NCBI GenBank assembly: GCA_964551945.1
Contig: CAZKFH010000004.1
Span: 30,435 to 94,434, forward strand
DNA from: an uncultured Actinomycetes bacterium
Lineage (GTDB): Bacteria > Actinomycetota > UBA4738 > CALAEC01
DNA: 64,000 bases
Direction: 5' to 3'
The notes beneath the pieces were generated by a model that was not told where the DNA came from, made no database searches, and saw only the letters and a list, made by a program, of their open reading frames with translations. A program made the position numbers and the translations under genes. How positions within the stretch are numbered: position 1 is the first letter of the stretch; each line of letters starts with the position of its first letter. Below, one piece after another: positions 54,652 through 62,178 of the stretch.

Positions 54652-56325
54652 GTGTCAGCGGTGGTGCCTACCGTGGAGACCATGGCGACTTCGGCGACGC
54701 AGGGGACATTCGACGACCTGGGTATCCCCCTATCCGAGGTCGAGTTTGTCTGCGTCGACCTGGAGACCACGGGCGGGTCGCCACGCGATTCGCGCATCAC
54801 CGAGGTCGGCGCGGTGCGCTACGTCGGCGGCCGACGCACGGGCGAGTTCCAGACGCTGGTCGATCCCGGCCTCCCGATCCCCCGGTTCATCACGTACCTC
54901 ACCGGCATCGACGACGCGATGGTGCGGACGGCACCGCCCATCGAGTCGGTGATCCCCTCGCTCGTCGAGTTCATGCGCGGTGCCGTGTTCGTTGCGCATA
55001 ACGCATCCTTCGACCACCGGTTCCTGAACCACGAGCTCGAGCGGCTCGGGTATGAACCGATCCCGAGCCCGGTGGTCTGCACGGCGCGGCTCGCGCGTCG
55101 CGTCCTCGGGGCCGACGACGTGCCTAACCTGAAGCTGGCAACGCTGGCGCAGTTCTTCCACACCCCGTCGCAGCCCTGTCACCGGGCTCTCGCGGACGCG
55201 GAGGCGTGCGCGGACGTTCTGCACGGGTTGCTCGACCTCGGCGGGCGCCTCGGGATCATCACGCTTCCGGATCTGCACGAGGCGGTGCGCGCCAGAGGGT
55301 CACCGCACTACGCGAAGATCCGTCTCGCCGACGATCTGCCGAACGCACCCGGCGTATACGTTTTCCGCCGAGCCGCCACCGAAAGCGGTCCGGGCGAGAT
55401 CCTCTACGTGGGCAAGTCGAAGGACATCCGCAGCCGTGTTCGCTCGTACTTCTACGGCGACACCCGGAAGAAGATCGCAAGCCTCCTCGCGGAGACGGGG
55501 AGCGTCGAGGCACACCCATGTCGCGGCGAGGTCGAGGCGCTCGTTCTGGAGGCACGCCTCATCCGTCGCCAAGCGCCCCGGTACAACCGTCGCGGCAAGG
55601 GCTGGCGGCGGTACGTCTACCTCAAGCTCGACCTGGACGAGGCATGGCCGCGCCTGAAGGTCGTCCGCACCACACGCGGGCGAGGCGCCTATCTGGGGCC
55701 CTTCAACAGCAGGCGGACCGCCGCACTGGCCAAGGAGGCGCTGGAGGAGGTCTTCCCGATCCGGCGCTGCACCCGCTCGATGGGCAAAGCGACCAGGTTC
55801 GCGCCGTGCGCGCTGGCCGATCTCGGTCGGTGCATCGCGCCCTGTGACGACCGCTCCACCCCGGAGCGCTACGAGGGGCTCGTCCGGTCCCTCCAGCAAG
55901 CCCTCTCTTCACCGGGCGGGCTCCTCGCAGCGCTCGAGGTTCGGATGGACCGGCTGGCGACCGAGGAGCGGTTCGAGGAAGCCGCGGACGCTCGCGACCG
56001 GCTGCAGGCCCTCGTCGGCGTGCTCGCCCGAGCCCGGCAGGAGCGGTGGCTGCTCGGAGCGGGCCGCTTCGAGATCGAGGCGGACGGCGCGCGGCTCGCG
56101 TTCCGCTCCGGCGCGCTGGAGCGCAAGGGGGACGAGGCCGGCTACGAGATCCCGATCCCGATCGAGGTCTGGGACGAGGTCCGCGCCGTGGTCGGATGGC
56201 TGCGCGGAGCCCGAGTGCGAGTGCTGGCCGCCGACGCGCCCCCGTCCGAGCCGGTTGACGGCGGTGCGGCCCTCGCTCGTCTCCGCCGGCGCTTCGATCT
56301 CCAACGAGAGGGAGCGGGACGTTGA
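54652..56325 (+). CDS. DnaQ-like 3'-5' exonuclease fused to a GIY-YIG (UvrC/Cho-like) nuclease domain; Rv2191-type SOS nuclease
   Basis: N-terminal DEDDh motifs (FVCVDLETTG, FVAHNASFDHRFL, HRALADAEA); C-terminal GIY-YIG (PGVYVFRR, ILYVGKSKDIRSRVRSYF, E...EARLIRR.APRYN). LexA box upstream. Confidence 0.75.
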   Translation: MSAVVPTVETMATSATQGTFDDLGIPLSEVEFVCVDLETTGGSPRDSRITEVGAVRYVGGRRTGEFQTLVDPGLPIPRFITYLTGIDDAMVRTAPPIESVIPSLVEFMRGAVFVAHNASFDHRFLNHELERLGYEPIPSPVVCTARLARRVLGADDVPNLKLATLAQFFHTPSQPCHRALADAEACADVLHGLLDLGGRLGIITLPDLHEAVRARGSPHYAKIRLADDLPNAPGVYVFRRAATESGPGEILYVGKSKDIRSRVRSYFYGDTRKKIASLLAETGSVEAHPCRGEVEALVLEARLIRRQAPRYNRRGKGWRRYVYLKLDLDEAWPRLKVVRTTRGRGAYLGPFNSRRTAALAKEALEEVFPIRRCTRSMGKATRFAPCALADLGRCIAPCDDRSTPERYEGLVRSLQQALSSPGGLLAALEVRMDRLATEERFEEAADARDRLQALVGVLARARQERWLLGAGRFEIEADGARLAFRSGALERKGDEAGYEIPIPIEVWDEVRAVVGWLRGARVRVLAADAPPSEPVDGGAALARLRRRFDLQREGAGR

Positions 56326-56341
56326 ACGTACAATCCTGGTC

Positions 56342-57514
56342 ATGGAGCGAGCGGTGATCGTCGAGGGTGCCCGGACGCCGATCGCCACGTTCATCGGATC
56401 GTTCGCCGATGTCACTGCAGTAGACCTCGGCGTTCACGCCACCGTCGAGGCGCTGCGCCGGTCCGGCGTGGCGCCGGAGGAGGTACAGCTCGGCGTCTTC
56501 GGTCACGCGCGCCAGGCGGGGAACGGCCCGAACACCGCGCGACAGGTCACCTACAACTCGCGCATCCCGGAAGAGGTGCCGGCCTTCACCGTCAACATGG
56601 CGTGCGGCTCGGGCATCAAGGCCATCGAGGTCGCGGCGCAGCAAGTGATGCTCGGCGAGGCCGAGCTGGTGGTCGCCGGCGGGTACGAGAACATGACGCG
56701 CACCCCGGCGATCCTCGACCGCATGCGGACGGGCTATCGGATGGGCAACGCTCCGGTCTACGACGGTATGTATCGAGATGGGCTCCTCGACCCTCTCTGC
56801 GGGCTCCTCATGGGCGAGACGGCCGAGAACCTGGCCCGGAAGTACGAGATCTCGCGCGAGGAGCAGGACGAGTTCGCGCTCCGCAGCCAGCAGAAAGCCG
56901 ACGAAAGCGTAGGGCGTCTCGAGAAGGAGATCGTCACCGTCATGGTGGACGATGGCAAGGGCCGCGACATCCCCGTGTACCGGGACGAGCATCCCAGGGA
57001 TACCACGATGGAGTCACTGGCGAAGCTTCGGCCGGTGTTCTCGAAGGACGGCACGGTGACACCGGGGAACGCGTGCGGCGTGACGGACGGAGCGGCGGCC
57101 GTGATCGTGACGAGCGAGGCCCGAGCGAAAGCCGACGGACGTGAGCCACTGGTGCGCATCCTCTCCGCGGCGTCCGCGGGAGTGGATCCGGCCTACATGG
57201 GCATCGGCGTCGTGCCCGCGGTGCAGAAGGTGCTCGACAAGACCGGGCTATCGATGAGCGACTTCGACGTCGTGGAGATCAACGAGGCGTTCGCGGCACA
57301 GGTCCTGGCCGTCGACCGGGAGCTGAAGCTCGACCACGACCGACTCAACCCGAACGGCGGTGCCATCGCGCTCGGCCACCCCATCGGGATGACCGGCGCC
57401 AGGATCGTGTTGAGCGCCGCCTACGAGCTCAGGGAGACGGGCGGCTCGCTCGCCCTCGCGGCGCTATGCATCTCCGGGGGCCAGGGCATGGCGATGGTCC
57501 TCGAGCGCGCCTGA
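56342..57514 (+). CDS. Acetyl-CoA C-acetyltransferase (thiolase II)
   Basis: 3' part of listed ORF 55844..57514; ATG 56342. Thiolase active-site blocks (VNMACGSG with Cys nucleophile, NPNGGAIALGHP, C-terminal CISGGQGMAMVLE). Confidence 0.9.
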   Translation: MERAVIVEGARTPIATFIGSFADVTAVDLGVHATVEALRRSGVAPEEVQLGVFGHARQAGNGPNTARQVTYNSRIPEEVPAFTVNMACGSGIKAIEVAAQQVMLGEAELVVAGGYENMTRTPAILDRMRTGYRMGNAPVYDGMYRDGLLDPLCGLLMGETAENLARKYEISREEQDEFALRSQQKADESVGRLEKEIVTVMVDDGKGRDIPVYRDEHPRDTTMESLAKLRPVFSKDGTVTPGNACGVTDGAAAVIVTSEARAKADGREPLVRILSAASAGVDPAYMGIGVVPAVQKVLDKTGLSMSDFDVVEINEAFAAQVLAVDRELKLDHDRLNPNGGAIALGHPIGMTGARIVLSAAYELRETGGSLALAALCISGGQGMAMVLERA

Positions 57515-57716
57515 GGGCTACAGCACCGCCCAGAGCACCAGCGCGACGACCACCGCAAGCGCCCCGAGGAATAGCAGCAGGTCCGCGGTCTTGACTCGGC
57601 CGGGTCGGTACGCGTTGAAGCCCATCGAGCTCAGGCTACCAGGGGTGCTGGTCCTGCCAGGTAAGGATCCTTTCCATGCTGGTACGGATCCCTACCACCC
57701 TCGTCGAAGATTCCTC

Positions 57717-58808
57717 TTACAGCGGGGGCCGTGCTGGGTCTCGGACTCGCTTGACCGCGAAGAAGGGCCTGAGTCGACGAGGATGCTCGAAAGCCAAGCC
57801 GTCGACATGCCGGCGACTCATCACGACAACCTCTCCCTGAACCAGCCTGCGAGGCACGATGTCGATGTCCACCTGGACGTCGAAGCCCTTATCGAACAGC
57901 AGACGGCGGCCTTCCTCTGTTGGGCGAGACCCGTAGGGATAGACCAACATGTCGGTGGGGCCCATGAGATCCCCCGTGAGGGCTTTCCACCGTGAGGTAT
58001 CGCGGGCGATCGTTTCCAATGAAGCGCCGCCGAGGTCGATATGACCGAACGTGTGGCTGGCCAGGGTCCAGCCCGTCTCTCGCAGCCGCCTGGCCAGTGC
58101 GCCAACACGGGCTCGGGCAGCTGGGCTGTTGAGGTTGTGCTCGCCGAACAGGCCCTCATAGCCGGTGAGCGCCAGGACGCCTTTGGCCCCGCCCGCTGAG
58201 AACTCCGGATGCTTCTCAACGAACGCATCAACAAGAGGAACCAGGTCATCGGTCGTGAGGTGTCTGTGACCCGCGCCATCCACATACTCGGCGAGCACCC
58301 GTCCGGCCGGATCGAGAACCAGCCGTGACGCGAGTCCCCGTCCGGCGAAGTACGCATAGTAGCTGGGGTCGTCCTCGTAGAGCACAAGCGGCTTTCGGCC
58401 GGGGGGTACTCGCACACGCCCGGCCGCCACACGGCGCGCATCGACGAGGGTCCAACCGTTCCGCCACAGCTGGTCCAGGATCGCTTGAAACTCACGAGCG
58501 GTGACGAAGAAGTCCTCAAACCCCTCGCCGAGGAGATCGTTCCCGAACGCCAGCTTCGGCCGCAGGACCAGGGGGTGGAAGAACACCTGCTCGACCGGGC
58601 CCCGCCACGGCACGAGGCGCATGCCCTGGCTCCCGACCGAGCGTCCCGGACGTGTGTCGGCCGACCCGGCACCACCGAGATCAGAACCAACGCGCGGACG
58701 CGGCGATGAGCCGGTCCTCTGAGCGCTGACGAGAAGCGCCAGAAGCAGAACGCTCGAGATCAAGAGACCCAGCGGCAGCGGACCCGGGGTCAGCCTGCGC
58801 TCGGTCAA
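57717..58808 (-). CDS. Secreted polysaccharide-deacetylase (NodB-like) family protein
   Basis: 363 aa; signal/TM N-terminus; LYEDDPS (motif 1 Asp pair) and LASHTFGH (His motif) resembling NodB domains; moderate confidence. Confidence 0.5.
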   Translation of the reverse strand: MTERRLTPGPLPLGLLISSVLLLALLVSAQRTGSSPRPRVGSDLGGAGSADTRPGRSVGSQGMRLVPWRGPVEQVFFHPLVLRPKLAFGNDLLGEGFEDFFVTAREFQAILDQLWRNGWTLVDARRVAAGRVRVPPGRKPLVLYEDDPSYYAYFAGRGLASRLVLDPAGRVLAEYVDGAGHRHLTTDDLVPLVDAFVEKHPEFSAGGAKGVLALTGYEGLFGEHNLNSPAARARVGALARRLRETGWTLASHTFGHIDLGGASLETIARDTSRWKALTGDLMGPTDMLVYPYGSRPTEEGRRLLFDKGFDVQVDIDIVPRRLVQGEVVVMSRRHVDGLAFEHPRRLRPFFAVKRVRDPARPPL

Positions 58809-58815
58809 TCAGGGT

Positions 58816-59715
58816 TCACTCGTCGGCGAGGACCATCTGCCCGAACGTCTTCGCGTTACGAACCGCCTGGTCCCGGTAGCAGTTGTTGAACAGCGCGTGT
58901 GTTTCCTTGACCTGCTCGGTGAGGTCGCGGATCTTCGGCACCCACTCCTGCAGCTCGGCCTCCGAGTAGTCGTATCGGAACCGCTCCGTCGGGCCGACGT
59001 TTTTCTTGTGCCACGTCTCCTCGCGGCGGCCGTGGAAACGGATGAGACCGTACCGGTCCGACGTCGCGGCCGCGATCGGAGGAACGCTCGAGGCGAAGCC
59101 CTGCGGCATGTCCACGCTCACGAACGGGATCCGCTCCGCGGTCAAGAAGTCGATCGTCTTCCTCGAGTACTCCTCGTTCTTGAACCATGCGCCCTGGCGG
59201 AACTCCACCGCGATGTCGTAGTCCGGCAGCCGCTCGCGCGCCCGGAGGATCTCCTCGCGGTTCGCCCGGCTCGGCATGAACCATTGGGGGTACTGGAACA
59301 TGATCAGCCCGAGCTTCCCCGAGGAGTGCAGGGGCATCAGGGCACTCCGGAACATCTCCCACACCTTCTCGACTGCATCGGGGGGAACGTCCTTCGCGGA
59401 CACGCGGGGTCCACTGTCGGCCGGTAGGGACTCGCGGACGTCCTTCGGGAGCCCTCGGAGCGGTGCCGGGTGCCCCGTCATCAAGGAGAAAGCCTTGACG
59501 TCGAAGGTGAAGTCCTTCGGGGTTCGCTCGACCCACAGGATCGCGTTCCGCTCGCTCGGCAGGCCGTAGTAGGTGGAGTCGACCTCGACGACCGGGAACT
59601 GGGAAGCGTAGAACTTCAGGCGCTCCTCAGGAGTGCTCGCTTCCGGCGGGTACCAACCGGACTCCAGGAGCGTCTTATCGGTCCAGGAGGCGGTACCGAC
59701 GCGAAACTCACCCAC
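58816..59715 (-). CDS. DUF72 (UPF0759) family protein
   Basis: 3' part of listed ORF 58816..59976; GTG 59715 (VGEFRVGTASWTD...), canonical DUF72 N-terminus (G.SGW) and TIM-barrel-like body. Confidence 0.7.
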   Translation of the reverse strand: MGEFRVGTASWTDKTLLESGWYPPEASTPEERLKFYASQFPVVEVDSTYYGLPSERNAILWVERTPKDFTFDVKAFSLMTGHPAPLRGLPKDVRESLPADSGPRVSAKDVPPDAVEKVWEMFRSALMPLHSSGKLGLIMFQYPQWFMPSRANREEILRARERLPDYDIAVEFRQGAWFKNEEYSRKTIDFLTAERIPFVSVDMPQGFASSVPPIAAATSDRYGLIRFHGRREETWHKKNVGPTERFRYDYSEAELQEWVPKIRDLTEQVKETHALFNNCYRDQAVRNAKTFGQMVLADE

Positions 59716-59716
59716 G

Positions 59717-60004
59717 TCAGACGCGGACGCGGTGCTTGTGCATGGCGCGTAGCGCTTCGCGCAGGGGCGCGACGACGCTCTCCGTGTCCAGTGCCAGCCC
59801 CAGACCCTCGAGGCCCCCGACCAGCTCGAGCGCGTCCTGGAAACGGTTCCCCGACTCCTCGGCTTCCACCAGCCCCTTGACGAGCATCGAGGTGTAGTCG
59901 CGGTTGAACGCTTTGCCGCACCAGGGACAGTGGCCCCCGGCATCGACGATCTGCTGCACGAGAACCTCTCGCCCACAGTGCAGGCACGTCCCCTTGATCT
60001 TCAC
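59717..60004 (-). CDS. Small zinc-ribbon protein
   Basis: 3' 95 aa of listed ORF 59717..60256; GTG 60004 after GGAAGGAGACCGC; CLHCG...CPWCG ribbon. Confidence 0.5.
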   Translation of the reverse strand: MKIKGTCLHCGREVLVQQIVDAGGHCPWCGKAFNRDYTSMLVKGLVEAEESGNRFQDALELVGGLEGLGLALDTESVVAPLREALRAMHKHRVRV

Positions 60005-60393
60005 GCGGTCTCCTTCCGTGGGCGGTTCGTCACCTCGAGCACCTTGTCGGCCAGCAGGAACGGATCCACCGGCTTCGTCACCCAAGCATCGGCGCCCGAC
60101 CATCGCGCGAGCCAATCGTCCTGCGCCCTGGCGAGAACCAGGATCACGCCTGCCGGATGTGGCTGCGCGGCGCCCTTCAGGTCCTTGGCAACCGCGAACG
60201 CGCCGGCACCCGAGGTGATCTCGTCCGCGACCACCAGGTCGGGAAGCTCTCGCCACGCGATCTTGAGGCCGTCGACCCCGTTGGTTGCCTGGAACGTGCG
60301 CCAGGGCTCGCCGCTCCGCCGCTCCGCGGTCCGGATGGCGACGCGGAGCTGCTCTCGCAGGTCCGGGTCCGCCGAGATCACCAGGGCGTTCAC
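60001..60393 (-). CDS. Receiver-domain (response-regulator-like) protein, atypical
   Basis: 130 aa; acidic pocket (ISADPD), phospho-acceptor-position Asp (LVVADE), Lys (VTKPVDP), but the conserved Thr/Ser position reads Ala. ATGA overlap with the downstream Zn-ribbon gene. Confidence 0.55.
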   Translation of the reverse strand: MNALVISADPDLREQLRVAIRTAERRSGEPWRTFQATNGVDGLKIAWRELPDLVVADEITSGAGAFAVAKDLKGAAQPHPAGVILVLARAQDDWLARWSGADAWVTKPVDPFLLADKVLEVTNRPRKETA

Positions 60394-60397
60394 GAGG

Positions 60398-60805
60398 TCA
60401 TTCTACCGGCGAGCTCGACCACCCCAGCCACTCGACAACCTGGATGGCGACGATCACGTCTTCTTCGGGAGGGTCCTTCCGGTACTGCTCGTACTTCTCG
60501 GCAAGAAGGCGAATGCCGAGGTGCCGATCTTCCTCGCCCTCCAGGACCCGAGCCTCACCTCGCAGCCGGACCCACCAAGCTCGCGTCCAGTCCTCCTCGT
60601 AGTGATCGATGAGGACCGTCACGCGAGGATCTCGTCTGATGTTCTCGAGCCGCTTCAGTCGCGTAGTGGTCTTGGGCTTCTGGTCGACACCGGAGTACAG
60701 ACGGTCACCGTCGAGAGCGAAGCAGAAGGGAACCACGTTGGGACGGCCGTCGGGGTCGATCGTGGCGAGCCGGCCGACACGAGCCTCGCCCACGAGGCGA
60801 CGCAT
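60398..60805 (-). CDS. PPOX-class (pyridoxamine-5'-phosphate-oxidase-like, probably F420/FMN-binding) protein
   Basis: 3' 135 aa of listed ORF 60398..60949 (MRRLVGEARVGRLATIDPDGRPNVVPFCFALDGDRLY...); split-barrel family signature. Confidence 0.65.
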   Translation of the reverse strand: MRRLVGEARVGRLATIDPDGRPNVVPFCFALDGDRLYSGVDQKPKTTTRLKRLENIRRDPRVTVLIDHYEEDWTRAWWVRLRGEARVLEGEEDRHLGIRLLAEKYEQYRKDPPEEDVIVAIQVVEWLGWSSSPVE

Positions 60806-60848
60806 GGACTCTGCGCTCAGCCGCACGAGTTGGAAGGGTGGGGCGGGG

Positions 60849-61028
60849 TCAGTCGTACCGCGGCTTCGCGGACGGGCCTCGCCAGGGGAACCCGATCGTG
60901 TGCTGCCAACAGTTGGGACCGGGGTTGTAGCTTGAGAGCTTCGTTCCACATACGGAACAGGAGGTCTCGCCCTTCTCGGTTACTTCTTCTTCTACTTCCT
61001 GGGGAACCTCTCGCGCTTCCTTCGCCAT
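60849..61028 (-). CDS. Small hypothetical protein with CxxC...C motif
   Basis: Likely start MAKEAREV... (ATG 61028 after GGGAGA); acidic N-terminus, CSVCGTKLSSYNPGPNC. Coding status uncertain. Confidence 0.3.
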   Translation of the reverse strand: MAKEAREVPQEVEEEVTEKGETSCSVCGTKLSSYNPGPNCWQHTIGFPWRGPSAKPRYD

Positions 61029-61110
61029 CTCATCTCCCGTCAGCGGTCGAAAGGGAGCAGAAGCATAGCGATTTTCCATAACGCGAGCAATCCCGCGCCC
61101 GAAACGCCGT

Positions 61111-62178
61111 TTATGAGACGGTCCAGGTCTCCCCGGAGTTCAGCAGCTTCGTGAGGTCGCCCTCCCCCAGCTGCTCGGTGGCCTGCTGGAGCTGCCGCTC
61201 CATCTCGTCCCCGTACACGGGACGACTGACGTCTCGGAAGATGCCGATCGGAGTCGGGCCGGTCGGCTGGTGCGCGAGCTGGGCGAGCGAGAAGGCCAGG
61301 GCAGGGTTCTCACGATGGGCATCGTGCACGAGCAGGGCATCCTCTCCCGCCGCCTCGACATCCACGATCTCGAGGCTGCCGTCTGACTTCTGCACCACCC
61401 CTCGCTCGTCGTGTTCGCCGAAGCGGATCGGCTGGCCGTGCTCGAGACGGATCTGGTTCTTCCCCGCACCATGCTGCTTGTCCCGAACGGCGGCGAACGC
61501 TCCGTCGTTGAACACGTTGCAGTTCTGGTAGATCTCGATGAAGGCGGTCCCCTTGTGCGCCGCAGCGGCGCGCAGGACGCTCGTGAAGTGCTGCCGGTCG
61601 TTGTCGATCGTTCGGGCAACGAACGCGCCCTCCGCCCCGATCGCGAGCGCGACGGGGTTGAACGGGTGATCGAGTGAGCCGAACGGCGTCGACTTGGTGA
61701 TCTTCCCCTCCTCCGACGTCGGCGAGTACTGGCCCTTCGTCAGCCCATAGATCTGGTTGTTGAACAGCAGGATCTTGATGTTCACGTTGCGGCGCAGCGT
61801 GTGGATCAGGTGGTTGCCACCGATCGAGAGCGCATCGCCGTCGCCGGTAGCAACCCAGACCGACAGATCGGGTCGCGCCGTGGCGATCCCGGTCGCGATC
61901 GCGGGCGCGCGACCGTGGATGCCGTGCACCCCGTACGAGTCCACGTAGTACGTGAACCGTCCGGCGCAGCCGATGCCCGCCACCCACACCATGTTGTGCG
62001 GCGCGACTCCGAGCTCGGGGAGGAATCCCTGGATCGTCGAGAGGATCGCGTAGTCGCCACATCCCGGACACCAGCGCGGTTCCTGGTCGCTGATGAAGTC
62101 TTTCTTCGTGAGCTCGAGAGGGATTGCCTGCTTGCCGTTGCCCTGCCCGTTCCCCCCGTGGCCATTGCCCTCGGTCAT
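61111..62178 (-). CDS. korB: 2-oxoacid:ferredoxin oxidoreductase, beta (TPP-binding) subunit
   Basis: 355 aa; WCPGCGD Cys motif and TPP-binding GDGD...N region typical of KorB/OorB. Confidence 0.85.
   Translation of the reverse strand: MTEGNGHGGNGQGNGKQAIPLELTKKDFISDQEPRWCPGCGDYAILSTIQGFLPELGVAPHNMVWVAGIGCAGRFTYYVDSYGVHGIHGRAPAIATGIATARPDLSVWVATGDGDALSIGGNHLIHTLRRNVNIKILLFNNQIYGLTKGQYSPTSEEGKITKSTPFGSLDHPFNPVALAIGAEGAFVARTIDNDRQHFTSVLRAAAAHKGTAFIEIYQNCNVFNDGAFAAVRDKQHGAGKNQIRLEHGQPIRFGEHDERGVVQKSDGSLEIVDVEAAGEDALLVHDAHRENPALAFSLAQLAHQPTGPTPIGIFRDVSRPVYGDEMERQLQQATEQLGEGDLTKLLNSGETWTVS

Noticed and set aside
57640-57700. Paired GGATCC-containing imperfect hairpin in the thiolase/deacetylase intergenic region
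   Set aside because: Stem only 6-7 bp with a 15-nt loop. Possibly a weak terminator, but not convincing enough to annotate.
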